From the NCBI GenBank assembly GCA_951406725.2, contig OX597843.1, forward strand, positions 14,198,001 through 14,262,000: a stretch of DNA of 64,000 nt, written 5' to 3'. Under the pieces are notes generated by a model. It saw only the letters and a list, made by a program, of their open reading frames with translations. It did no database searches and was not told where the DNA came from. Each line of letters opens with the position of its first letter. Position 1 is the first letter of the stretch. A program made the translations under genes and the position numbers. This document shows positions 39,501-52,650 of the stretch, in pieces. The stretch comes from Octopus vulgaris. Its lineage: Eukaryota.

Positions 39501-41017
39501 AACCCTTTCTATTGTAGGCATAAGGCCTGAAATTTGGGGTTAGGGATTAAGTCAGTTACTTCAATCCCAGTGTATAACTGGTACTTATTTAATTGACCCG
39601 AAGAGGATGAAAGGCAAAGTTGTCCTTGGCAGAATTTGAACTCAGAATGTAGAAACAGACGAAATACTGCCAAGCATTTCGCCTAATAGAGAGGCTGGAT
39701 TCTAACCAGAAACAAAGTTAGGCATAGGTTTATTTCATTCCCTGCATGTCCCCTGCTTTCAGAGCCAGTGTCTCACTATCATGGTGCAGAGCTTTTTGTG
39801 GCCAAGCATCAAAAGAGCTGTTCTTCACTCCTGCTCCAGAGCGTAGGCTGCGGGGTCATTCCGAAAAGCTCTATCTGCGATGATTTCATCTCAATCGAAG
39901 GAGAGGGGCTTTCTCCGTCCGTGTTGCGGATCCGTGGAATAAGCTTCCGGATGAGATAGTGAAGATGCCGACGACCGCTCGGTTCAAAGTCTCTCTTGAT
40001 CAGAAATGGCCTGAACTCTTTGCATGAACACCTTCCCTGTACATAACTCCATGTCCCCCTACATGGCCTCGCTTTTTGCTTTTTGAGCCAAAAAATTAAC
40101 TTAACTAAATTCATCACTATACTCAAGGTCGAATTTTATCCCACTGACACCAACCTTATACCTAACCTGTACAGATCTAAAAAGCCACTCATCTACTCCT
40201 AACCTGCTTGGAGACCACCAGGTAACAGAGCAAGGGAGATTCTGTCTGAAGCTTCCTCCACGTTGAAGAAAGCCAAGTACAATAGTTTACATTTAGTTAA
40301 ATATTTCTCCAGCAATTTAATATCTCCGTAATTATTTCTATCTAAGCCATCTCCTTTACCTGGAAGCAGATAACTATAATGTTGGTACACCTGTCATTAG
40401 GGTTGATGCCTTCCTGGACTACCTCGTTAAGCTCTAGAGATGAGTAGGCCGGATATTACTCCACCAGATATTCTAATCATCTCAGCAGTGATTCCTGATT
40501 ATCCAGGGCCTTTCCCTGTCCTCATACCTATTTCTTTACTACCCACAAGGGGCTAAACACAGAGAGGACAAACAAGGACAGACAAACGGATTAAGTCGAT
40601 TATATCGACCCCAGTGCGTAACTGGTACTTATTTAATCGACCCTGAAAGGATCAAAGGCAAAGTCAACCTCAGTGGATTTGAACCAAGAACGTAGCGGCA
40701 GACAAAATACCTATTTCTTTACTACCCACAAGGGGCTAAACACAGAGAGGACAAACAAGGACAGACAAACGGATTAAGTCGATTATATTGACCTCAGTGC
40801 GTAACTGGTACTTATTTAATCGACCCCGAAAGGATGAAAGGCAAAGTCAACCTCAGTGGATTTGAACCAAGAACGTAGCGGCAGACAAAATACCGTAAAG
40901 TATTTTGCCCGGTGTGCTAACAATTCTGCCAGCTTGGCGTCCTCATATCTTTAATTACATAATCTGTCATATTGCTGTCAACTTTGGTCTCTCAGTTGGG
41001 TCCATATTAGAAGGCTC

Positions 41018-41836
41018 GGATCTTTTCCTTTTGAACGGCAGTTTTCAACACAATTTCTAGTTAACTAAACACTTTTAAACTTCGTATACTGCTAAAATGT
41101 GTTTATAAAACATCTTTTTCTCTTGGCTTTATTGAGAAAATTCTATAGTTTCTAAGATATTTCAACTTTAAAATCGAGCATTTCAGCAATTTTAACCAAT
41201 CGCTCACCTCCATTTGGGGTGAAAAGATTCCGTGCTGTATGAATATGTCCCTTGTTTAAGAAACAGATTGGGTTTATTTACATTTGTGAAGAAAAAAAGA
41301 TACCCCACCCCTAACCCTAACCGTAACCGTAACCCCCCCACCCCTAACCCTAACCCTAAAATAGATTGAAATGCAATAGATCGATACTAGGGTTATAATT
41401 ATGGGTGACAATTTCATACGACACCACTACGGAAAATGGGATTTTTTTCTAGCAGTGTCATATAAAATTGTCACCCATAATTATAACCCTAGTATCGATC
41501 TATTGCATTTCAATCTATTTTAGGGTTAGGGTTAGGGGTGGAGGAAGGGTATCTTTTTTTTCTTCGCAAATGTAAATAAACCCAATCTGTTTCTTAAACG
41601 AGGGACATATTCATACAGCACGGAATGTTTTCACCCCAAATAGACTCCAGCGATTGCTTAAAATTGCCGAAATGCTTGAAATTTCAGACGAAATATCTTA
41701 CAAACTATAGAATTTTCTCAATAAAGCCAAGAAAAAAATGATGTTTTATAAACACATTCTACCAGTATACGAAGTTTAAAAGTGTTTAGTTAACTAGAAA
41801 TTGTGTTGAAAACTGCCGTTCAAACGGAAAAGATCC
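41018..41836. mobile_element. MITE, Merlin-like family, about 820-bp fold-back type
   Basis: Perfect 8-bp TSD gaaggctc; two roughly 410-bp units joined in inverted orientation. Confidence 0.85.
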
Positions 41837-43996
41837 GAAGGCTCTTCTTCTGCCATGCGTACTTCACACTTTCATAGTGTCACTGTCATCCTTCTTTCTT
41901 CTCAGAATCACTAAGCGCAAGCATACCAATATCCATTCACACTCATTTCTCACCCATAACAACTCTATGCCTTCTCATCTACTGCTTTGCAATCTGGAAC
42001 ATGTCATGCTTCTGATAGATCTGTTGAAGAATATTGACAAATCTCCTTTGGATGGCCAGGATTTTGAGACTGGTCCTTGGGTGTTGAGTATCTTCCATGA
42101 TACCTAACAGCCAAGAACCAAGTCTTGTAACTTGTGGGAAGAGACCCTGTGAGACAGGTTAACTGCCTACTCTCACAGTGGCACCTTGGGCAAGTAAGAT
42201 CGAGAGATCTAAGAAGCAATAATAATAATAATAACAAGGAGTGGCTGTGTGGTAAGTAGCTTGCTTACCAACCACATGGTTCCGGGTTCAGTCCCACAGC
42301 ATGGCACCTTGGGCAAGTGTCTTCTACTATAGCCTCGGGCCGACCAAAGCCTTGTGAGTGGATTTGGTAGATGGAAACTGAATATATATATGTGTGTGTG
42401 TATATGTTTGTGTGTCTGTGTTTGTCCCCCTAGCATTGCTTGACAACTGATGCTGGTGTGTTTACGTCCCCGTCACTTAGCGGTTCGGCAAAAGAAACCG
42501 ATAGAATAAGTACTTGGGCTTACAAAGAATAAGTCCCGGGGTCGAGTTGCTTGATTAAAGGCGGTGCTCCAGCATGGCCGCAGTCAAATGACTGAAACAA
42601 GTAAAAGAGTAATAATAATAATATTAATATAATGATAATAATTATTGAGAGGCTGGATTCTAAATTTTCTCTATGCTTTTAATGTTTCAATAAAAAAATT
42701 TATTTTTTTAGAAAAAATATCTGTAAACAGGCGTAGGAGTGGCTGTGTGGTAAGTAGCTTGCTTACGAACCACGTGGTTCCGGGTTCAGTCCCACTGCAT
42801 GGCACCTTAGGCAAGTGTCTTCTACTATAGCCTCGGGCCAACCAAAGCCTTGTGAGTGGATTTGGTAGACGGAAACTGAAAGAAGCCCATCGTATATATA
42901 TATAGATGCAGGAGTGGCTGTGTGGTAAGTAACTTGCTTACGAACCACGTGGTTCCGGGTTCAGTCCCACTGCGTGGCACCTTGGGCAAGTGTCTTCTGC
43001 TATAGCCCCGGGCCGACCAAAGCCTTGTGAGTGGATTTGGTAGACGGAAACTGAAAGAAGCCCGCTGTATATATGTATGTATATGTGTGCATGTGTGTTT
43101 GTCCCCCTAGCATTGCTTGACAACCAATGCTGGTATATTTATGTCCCCGAAACTTAGCAGTTCAACAAAAGAGACTGATAAAATAAGTACTAGGCTTACA
43201 AAGAATAAGTCCTGGGGTCGATTTGTTTGACTAAAGGTGGTGCTCCAGCATGGCCACAGTCAAATGACTGAAACAAGTAAATGAGTAAATATTCTCTCTT
43301 GTGAAAGGTAGGAGAGTCCAGTTTGCTGGACATTGTTGTAGAGCTGAAAAAGAGGTAATTTCTACTCTTCTCCTCTGGAAGCCATCTGCTCGCAATACCA
43401 GAGGGCGCACACTCTCCTACCCTGATGTAATCTCCAGGGATACAAGCATCCAGCAACAGGACCTCCGTAATGCTATGATGGACCGTGAAGTCTGGTGTAG
43501 CATGGTAAATTCCATTGTCTCGACCACGGTCGAATAATGACGAATGAGTAGATATTCTCTGAAAATGGTTGCATTCAAGATGTTTCACCGTGCCATACCA
43601 AGAATCTGTGTGTTGGTCCTCAGCTGCAGTTGGTCCTCAGTTCCATGTTGTGTGTCTCTAGCAAGAACACCAGGGCAGCTTGTGTGGTCTTTGTCCTTTG
43701 TTAAGATGTAGAATCTCCAAAAGGTAACATCAGGTATAGCCTGGTTTTCACCAGAATAGCAGCGGCCAGCAAAAGCCTTCGTTGCATTGAGACGGTGGAA
43801 TGTGTTTCTGAATCTCTTCTCTGGTCTTGTGCTCACACCATGAGATGTGTTGAGCCCTGATGAGAAAATCAAGAGGTCTGTACGATGAGGGCCATTCTCA
43901 GGCTCTTTCTCCATAACCCTGGTTTCAGTAAGAATGCTCAGTGCTGCTGCTCTGAAGAAGGCCAACCTTGTTTACTTGTTGTTATTACAGGTAATT

Positions 43997-45472
43997 ATTA
44001 AGGAGGACTAATTGACTAATTAAGGAGGACTAATTGACTAATTAAGGAGGACTAATTGTCTAATTAAGGAGGACTAATTGTCTAATTAAGGAGGACTAAT
44101 TGTCTAATTAACGAGGACTAATTGTCTAATTAACGAGGACTAATTGTCTAATTAAGGAGGACTAATTGCCTAATTAAGGAGGACTAATTGTCTAATTAAG
44201 GAGGACTAATTGTCTAATTAACGAGGACTAATTGTCTAATTGAGGAGGACTAATTGACTAATTAAGGAGGACTAATTGTCTAATTAAGGAGGACTAATTG
44301 TCTAATTAAGGAGGACTAATTGTCTAATTGAGGAGGACTAATTGACTAATTAAGGAGGACTAATTGACTAATTAAGGAGGACTAATTGACTAATTAAGGA
44401 GGACTAATTGTCTAATTAACGAGGACTAATTGTCTAATTAACGAGGACTAATTGTCTAATTAACGAGGACTAATTGTCTAATTGAGGAGGACTAATTGAC
44501 TAATTAAGGAGGACTAATTGTCTAATTAAGGAGGACTAATTGTCTAATTAAGGAGGACTAATTGTCTAATTAAGGAGGACTAATTGACTAATTAAGGAGG
44601 ACTAATTGACTAATTAAGGAGGACTAATTGACTAATTAAGGAGGACTAATTGTCTAATTAACGAGGACTAATTGTCTAATTAACGAGGACTAATTGTCTA
44701 ATTAAGGAGGACTAATTGTCTAATTAAGGAGGACTAATTGTCTAATTAAGGAGGACTAATTGTCTAATTAAGGAGGACTAATTGTCTAATTGAGGAGGAC
44801 TAATTGTCTAATTAAGGAGGACTAATTGTCTAATTAAGGAGGACTAATTGTCTAATTAAGGAGGACTAATTGTCTAATTGAGGAGGACTAATTGTCTAAT
44901 TAAGGAGGACTAATTGTCTAATTAAGGAGGACTAATTGTCTAATTAGGGAGGACTAATTGACTAATTAAGGAGGACTAATTGTCTAATTAAGGAGGACTA
45001 ATTGACTAATTAAGGAGGTCTAATTAAGGAGGACTAATTGTCTAATTAAGGAGGACTAATTGTCTAATTAAGGAGGACTAATTGACTAATTAAGGAGGAC
45101 TAATTGACTAATTAAGGAGGACTAATTGTCTAATTAAGGAGGACTAATTGTCTAATTAAGGAGGACTAATTGACTAATTAAGGAGGACTAATTGTCTAAT
45201 TGAGGAGGACTAATTGTCTTATTAAGGAGGACTAATTGTCTAATTAAGGAGGACTAATTGTCTAATTAAGGAGGACTAATTGTCTAATTAAGGAGGACTA
45301 ATTGACTAATTAAGGAGGACTAATTGTCTAATTAATGAGGACTAATTGTCTAATTAAGGAGGACTAATTGTCTAATTGAGGAGGACTAATTGTCTAATTA
45401 AGGAGGACTAATTGTCTAATTAAGGAGGACTAATTGTCTAATTAAGGAGGGCTAATTAAAGAAGACTAATTG
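43997..45472. repeat. 22-bp tandem satellite AGGAGGACTAATTG(T/A)CTAATTA, roughly 65-67 copies
   Basis: Period 22 (aggagg at 44001, 44023, ...). Variants acgagg and ttgagg; one partial unit near 45018. Confidence 0.97.
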
Positions 45473-45597
45473 ACTCAAGCATTATGTCCCGTCATTTATT
45501 TCCAAGTACTTTTGTTAATGGGAAAAGCCTTCCACTTTGTACATGGCAATGGTCAAAGTCTATTTCTTTCCTTCATCTTTTCTTCTTCCTTCCACAG

Positions 45598-46334
45598 ATA
45601 TGACAAGCGTGAAGGAGAGGAAGTATGAGTGCAGCCGTTGTAAAGAGAGGTTCTTCACACAACACTTCATGCAGTCACACATCCAGCGTGTCCATAAAGA
45701 TATTCGGCAGTATCATTGTGAGGTTTGTGGCCAGCGTTTCAAACTGGTCAGCTCTCTCTCTGTTCACAAAGACATTGCTCACAAGAGCAACAAGAAAAGT
45801 AATCCAGGCACGACCACCACCACCACCAACAACAAGGACCATGGGAAATTGAGTGCTGCTTCTGAAGGCAATTCAGCCACATCATCGCAGAGTGACGGAA
45901 CCAACAGTAATGACAATGGTGATGACGCAGAAAAACGGAAGAAGCTTATAATGGAATCTATATTTTCGAAACATATAGATGGAGTGAAGTACTGGATTTG
46001 TAAAGTGTGCAGCAATGCGAGAGTGCAGCTGTCCGTACTGATACCCCATGTGGAAAAGCACTTGGGCCTCACTGAACGAAAGCACAAGTGCAGTGAATGC
46101 GAGAAGAAATTCCAAACAGTAAGATGTTTAAACTACCACATGTTGGTCCACAATGATACAGTGGAGCCTTTTAAATGTAAATACTGTTCAATGACTTTTC
46201 GTTTGCCAAAGCAATTCGGGAGGCACATGGACAAACACTTTGGGTATAGTCGATGTTGTTGTCTCCAGTGTGGGTTGTTTACTAGCAACTTGCCAATGCT
46301 TAAGGAACACACGATTAGAGCTCATGCATTCTGA
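45598..46334 (+). CDS. C2H2 zinc-finger protein, terminal/main coding exon with six fingers
   Basis: Polypyrimidine tract plus cag acceptor at 45595-45597, in-frame ATG at 45600, stop at 46332-46334. Fingers: CSRC..H..H, CEVC..H..H, CKVC..H..H, CSEC..H..H, CKYC..H..H, CLQC..H..H. A T/S/N-rich linker separates fingers 2 and 3. Confidence 0.9.
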
Positions 46335-48429
46335 TAATGATGATGATGATAATAACAACAATCCTTTCTTCAATAGGTTCAAGGCTTGAAACATTTTGGG
46401 GTTGAGGGTGAGTTGATTACATTGACCTCAGAGTTCAACTCTTTACTCTTTTACTCTTTTACTTGTTTCACTCATTTGACTGCGGCCATGCTGAAGCACC
46501 GCCGCTAATCGACCAAATCGACCCCGGGACTTATTCTTTTGTAAGCCCAGTACTTATTCTATCGGTCTCTTTTGCCGAACCGCTAAGTAACGGGGACATA
46601 AACACACCAGCATCGGTTGTCAAGCAATGCTAGGGGGACAAACACAGACACACAAACACACACACGCATACATATATATATATACATATATACGACGGGC
46701 TTCTTTCAGTTTCCGTCTACCAAATCTACGCACAAGGCTTTGGTCGGCCCGAGGCTATAGTAGAAGACACTTGCCCTAGGTGCCACACAGTGGGACTGAA
46801 CCTGGAACCATGTGGTTGGTAAACAAGCTACTTACCACACAGCCACTCCTACGCCTGATACATATTTCATCAAACCCGAAAGGACGAAAAACACAGGGAT
46901 CTTTTCCTTTTGAACGGATGACAATTTCTAGTCAACTAAACACTTTAAAACTTTGTATACTGGTTGAATGTGTCAAAATAAAACATTTTTTTTCTCTTGG
47001 CTTTGTTGAGAAAATCGTAATTTGTTTGTTTAACGTAGTTTAATTTTTCGAATTTTAACCAATCCTATGCTCACTTTTGAGCTAAAATCATTTGCTGCGT
47101 CTAAAACAGAGACAACATCCTGTAACTAACCCTAAACCTCCCCCCTAACCTTAACCCTAAATTTTTTTTTCTTAATTGTTAAATTCATTTAATTGTTATG
47201 CGTGTAAAAAAAACTAAAGCAATGGAATTAAATTAATTTAACAATTAAGAAAAAAAAATTTAGGGTTAGGGTTAGGGGAAAGGTTTAGGATTAGTTACAG
47301 GATGTTGTCTCAGTTTTAGACGCAGCAAATGATTTTAGTTGAATGGAGGTAATCGATTGGTTAAAATTGCAGAAATGCTCGGATTTTCAGACGAAATATC
47401 TTAGAAACTATAGAATTTTTTCAATAAAACCAAGAGAAAATGATGTTTTATAAACATATTCTACCAGTTTACGAAGTTTAAAAGTGTTTAGTTAACTAGA
47501 AATTGTGTTGACATCTGCCGTTCAAACGGAAAAGATCCAAACACTGTTGACCGTGGCAAAATTTTGACTCAGAATGTAAAGCCAGCATACTAACAATTCT
47601 GCCATCTCGCTGTGTATCTAGGGTATTCGGGTATCCCTATGCATATAAAAGTTTGGCTGACTGAATTTTCGGAAGCATCCATGTGTAAACATTTCACTTT
47701 TAAAAAGTCTCAATTGTCTTGAACTTCTGTCAATAATTGGGTAACCCCAACTCCTTTCCTCCAACTCATTTGTCATCAACATTTCTTCTTTTACCTTTGA
47801 GGGGAGGGGGTGTACCAGTGGTTGAAATAGTTGTTCAGGAAGGTCACCTTGGGTGCTAAATATAATTCTTTCCCCAATGCCATCCAATTTAATGTGGATC
47901 TATTACAAGAGTGCTGTAAAACTGCCATATTCATTCCAAGAAAGCTCCTTGTATAGAAAGCATTGCAATATCAGTAGCAGATAAGACGTATCCAGCACCC
48001 ATAATAGAATTACTGTATCCCCTGATTTCAGCATGTTTTGCCCCTCATCAGTAACAGGCCTCTGCTAACATCACCTGCTTGTCAAATTTTTCTTCCACCA
48101 ATATAGAGAAAACCAGTGACTATTCGGGTATCTGTGTCAGGTGGAGGAAAAAGCAGATATCAATAATGGAGGCAGTGTGAATCTTAAATGAAACTTTTAT
48201 TATGTGATTGATTATATTTAACTTAATGAACTACAGTGTTTAATGATGAGACAGTTTGGGTCTTTACACCAGAACTGCTAAATTTTTCCTAAATAAAACC
48301 CCTTTACAGATTTTTAACATTTTTTTTTATATAAGGATTTTTTGTGCTTTTCTTTTTTAAAAGGGAATCTTTCTTTTACAGAAGTGTCTTTTTTCTGTAA
48401 GTTTTTCCCAACTGACCAGTCAAGTTTAA

Positions 48430-49057
48430 CCCTTTAGCATTTAAATTGGCCATATCGGACCCAAACATTCTACCTTTTAGGTTTAAACCAGCCTGATCCA
48501 ACTGCTCATACCTGTCCTACAATGTTGTTCTAAAAATAAACAATCACTTCATTAAAACCTCCAAACTATGAGATAATCTAGGATTAATTCAAAATTGGCA
48601 CTGCGTTGGTCACAACAATGAGGGTTCCAGTTAATCCAACCAATGAAACAGCCTGCTCGTGAAGTTAACATGCAAGTGGCTGAGTACTCCACAGACACAC
48701 ATTCTCTTAATGTAGTTCTCAGGGAGATTCAGTGTGAGAGAGAGAAACGAAAAAAGCTAGCCCCTTTTGAATTACTGGTACAACTCCTTTTGGCCAGCTG
48801 ATTGAACTGGAGCAACACAAAATAAAAGATGACATAGTGCACTGCCAGGAATTGAACTCCTGTCCCTACAACTGTTAGCCAAATACCCTAACCATTAAGC
48901 CATATGTCAGCATGGCTAATTCAAAACAATGTGAATAAGTATTACATTTGACAGAATAATTTGACAGAAATAATTTGACAGAATAAGCATTACATTTGAC
49001 AAAACAATGTGAATAAATAAGCATTACATTTGACAGAGTAATCTGAATGGTGACGGG
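48430..49057. mobile_element. Second piggyBac-type non-autonomous element with a nested SINE fragment
   Basis: TTAA|CCCTTTAGCATT...AATGGTGACGGG|TTAA. Confidence 0.55.
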
Positions 49058-49800
49058 TTAAAACAAGTGGATTTTACCTTGTGCAATAGAGGTGGATCCA
49101 GGATATCCAGAAAATGGCCAGAAGAGTAGTTCTCATTGGTCTAGTGAATATATGCATACTCTCTTTTACTCTCTTTCAGTCATTTGACTGCGGCCATCCT
49201 GGAGCACCGCCTTCTAGTCGAGTAAATCGACCTCAGGACTTATTCTTTGTAAGCCTAGTACTTATTCTATCAGTCCCTTTTGCTGAATCGCTAAGTTACG
49301 GGGACGTAAACACACCAGCATCGGTTGTCAAGCAATGATGGCGGGACAAACACAGACACACAAACATACACACACATACATATATATACATATATGCGAC
49401 GGACTTCTTTCAGTTTCCGTCTACCAAATCCACTCACAACGCTTTGGTCGGCCCGAGGCTATAGTAGAAGACACTTGCCCAAGGTGCCACGCAATGGGAA
49501 TGAACCCAGAACCATATGGTTCGTAAGCAAGCTACTCACCACACAGCCACTCCTGCACCTATGTATGTGATATGGGTCTGAAGTGTATGTACCTATCAAT
49601 CAGAGTTAATGATGTAACTGAAAGTGAATTATGAAATTGCTGTACTTCTTACTGTATTTTTAATGATTGTATATATATATATTGTTGTATTTAGGAATGG
49701 TCATTTTGCCAGTTTAGCCAATAAAAACACACGCACTATATATTTGGTGTTACTTTGCTTCAGTGTTATTTATTTTTTAAATTAATCTTAATCTTATTTC

Positions 49801-49845
49801 GGCCAGAGTTTTTTCGTCACACTCCTGTGACCTCATCAGTGGTCC
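49801..49845 (-). ncRNA. Minimal type I hammerhead motif, copy 1 of tandem pair
   Basis: GGACCA CUGAUGA G GUCACA ggag UGUGAC GAAA aaac UC UGGCC. Confidence 0.7.
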
Positions 49846-50271
49846 TTTGTTTTCTTCTTTCTTATTTGTGTGTCTCTCCTTACTAACCGTCAGCCACAGT
49901 ACTTAACTGGTACTTATTTGCCGCAGGAGTGATGGATGAGGAAACATTACAAGAATTTACAGAGACAGCTGGGTTTATACAGAGAAACACAGCCATGGAA
50001 AATAGCAGAATGCAATGAGATGTCTCAACAGCAGTTCTGGTCGAAGTGAGGTCCAAGATCTGAGCACGTGGTACCCACTGAATCTAAATGTTCCACTGCC
50101 CTCTCAAGCAGCATTAATCCAAACAGTCCATTGCTGTATAACAACAAATATTTTGTTGTATTTAGGAATGGTCATTTTGCCAGTTTAGCCAATAAAAACA
50201 CACGCACTATATATTTGGTGTTACTTTGCTTCAGCGTTATTTATTTTTTACATTAATCTTAATCTTATTTC

Positions 50272-50316
50272 GGCCAGAGTTCTTTCGTCACACTCCTGTG
50301 ACCTCATCAGTGGTCC
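50272..50316 (-). ncRNA. Minimal type I hammerhead motif, copy 2 of tandem pair
   Basis: GGACCA CUGAUGA G GUCACA ggag UGUGAC GAAA gaac UC UGGCC. Confidence 0.7.
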
Positions 50317-51329
50317 TTTGCTTTTTTCTTTCTTGTTTGTGTGTCTCTCCTTACTAACCATCAGCCTTTTTGTATTTCTATTGTATGTGTCTTCATTTGC
50401 GCATGCTTATACCTCTATGTGTGTCTATGTTTAGTTAGTGTGTGTGTGTGTGTGGGGGGGGAAGTGCCTGTAATATTTGTATCTCCTGTTTATATACATT
50501 CGTGTAATTTGTTTTTGTTTATTGGCTAAACTGGCAAAATGACCGTTCCTAAATACAACAATATCTGTTTCAACATACGATTTCACATCAAAAATCTTGC
50601 AAAACAAATATATAAACATATATATGTATATATATATATAAATGTTTGTTTTTATATTCAATTGTAAGAAAAACAATTTTACATTAAAAGATACGGATAA
50701 GGAAATTATTCTCAAACGCAGAATAATGCTAACAGAATAGCAGGAACAGGATAAACTAATCCTATTTTGTGAAAAACTTGCCAGCAGCCAGCCATGAGGG
50801 CTTATTCTATACTTTTGTAGAATATAAATTTGTTATTCTTAACCCTTTCGTTACTGTATTTCTGTTGAGATGCTCTGTGTTTCTTTCAATTAATTCTAAA
50901 TATAACAAAGAATTTGGTAAAATAACTTAGTTATCATTCAGCTAGTGTTAGGAACATAAATTGTGACTAAGGTTTGGTGGAAGATTTTAATTCAGAACTT
51001 TTGAAAACAAGACATTTGTACTAAGGAGCCAGAGGTGGTTTCAGCCAGGTTGGTATCAAAAGGGTTAAGAATTATTTCTCTATTATATATCTTAACCATT
51101 TTGTTACCATATTTCTGGTGAGAAGCTCTGTGTTTCTTTCAATTACTTTAAATATAAAAAAAGAATTTAGTAAAATAACTTAGTTATCATTCAGCTAGTG
51201 TTAGGAACATAAATTGTGACTAAGGCTTGGTGGAATATTTTTATTCAAAACTTATGAAAACAAGACATTTTACCGCAGAGCCAGAGCCGGTTTTGGCCGG
51301 GTTAGTAACAAAAGGGTTAAACACTAATA

Positions 51330-51600
51330 CTGTGTCGAGTCAACAGTTTTGCACCATTTTGCTACCTTGTTTGCTTTATTCCTCAGCTTACAACAAAAGC
51401 AGTCGAGCACTTCAGGCAGAAGGCATCGTGTTGCATTGTCAGAAGTTGCCATTCTGCCAGTTCTTTGATCCCACAATGGTACCAGTTCTAATTCTTCCAG
51501 GCAAAGAACTTCTTCAGTAAAGCTTTCACCTCCTCTTGCTCGATGGAGCATTCCAAGCACAGGAAGTAAGCCATGGGCCAGAACAATTAAGAATCTGCTT
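51330..51600 (-). mobile_element. mariner transposase C-terminal remnant
   Basis: EEVKALLKKFFAWKN*NWYHCGIKELAEW resembles mariner C-termini. Confidence 0.6.
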
Positions 51601-51659
51601 CCAGAACCAGTTGGTAAATATGGGATTTCCAACAGAAGGTGGAACTATGAGGAGATAAC

Positions 51660-52293
51660 GGATCTTTTCCTTTTGAACGGCAGACAGTTTCTAGTTAACT
51701 AAACACTTTTAAACTTTGTATACTGGTAGAATGTGTCAAAATAAAACATTTTTTTTCTCTTGGCTTTCTTGAGAAAATTGTAATTTGTTTGTTAACGTAG
51801 TTTAATTTTTCGAATGTTAACCAATCCTATGTTCTCTTTTGAGCTAAAATCATTTGCTGCGTCTAAAACTGAGACAACATCCTGTAACTAACCCTAAACC
51901 TCCCCCCTAACCCTAAATTTTTTTTTCTTAATTGTTAAATTAATTTAATTGTTACGTGTGTAAAAAAAACTAAAGCAATGGAATTAAATTAATTTAACAA
52001 TTAAGAAAAAAAAATTTAGGGTTAGGGTCAGGGGGAGGTTTAGGGTTAGTTACAGGATGTTGTCTCAGTTTTAGACGCAGCAAATGATTTTAGTTGAATG
52101 GAGGTAATCGATTGGTTAAAATTGCCGAAATGCTCGGATTTTCAGACGAAATATCTTACAAACTATAGAATTTTCTCAATAAAGCCAAGAGAAAATGATG
52201 TTTTATAAACACATTCTACCAGTATACGAAGTTTAAAAGTGTTTAGTTAACTAGAAATTGTGTTGACATCTGCCATTCAAATGGAAAAGATCC
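51660..52293. mobile_element. MITE, Merlin-like family, about 630-bp type
   Basis: Perfect 8-bp TSD gagataac. Same type at 37959-38585 (gataagtg/gacaagtg) and 46897-47538 (aaacacag/aaacactg). Confidence 0.85.
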
Positions 52294-52379
52294 GAGATAA
52301 CTGACTTTGAACCATTGATGCCAATCAGCCCTCGGAACAATTGGAACAGATGTGTGTCATTCTACAACACAGATACCTG

Positions 52380-52650
52380 GTCTTAGTTAGCAAGACAATG
52401 CAAGACTTCATATTACTTGAATGATGTGGAATAAATTCTAGGATCTTGCTATGCCTAACATATAATCCAGATGTAGCTGCCTCAAATTATTACTTGTTCT
52501 GCTCCATGGCTCACTTGCTGCACTTGGGACATTTCATCAAACAGGGGTGGGGTGCAAGCTTCAGTTAAGGAGTTCTTTGCCGTGAAGGACAAGAACTGGC
52601 AGAAAGATGGCTTCAGACAGTGCAACACTATGAATGCCAGGCTACTTTTA
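52380..52650 (+). mobile_element. mariner transposase remnant
   Basis: QDNARLH and YNPDVAASNYYLFCSM correspond to the QDNARPH and YSPDLAPSDYHLF motifs. Confidence 0.7.

Noticed and set aside
43585-43965. 126-aa minus-strand ORF as a host gene
   Set aside because: AFFRAAA.SIL and FAGRCY..ENQAI align with the RTE family 2 C-terminus; frameshifted TE remnant
43997-45472. CRISPR-like array or repeated Shine-Dalgarno (AAGGAGG) sites
   Set aside because: Units abut with no unique spacers, no cas genes are present and the context is eukaryotic; AAGGAGG is coincidental
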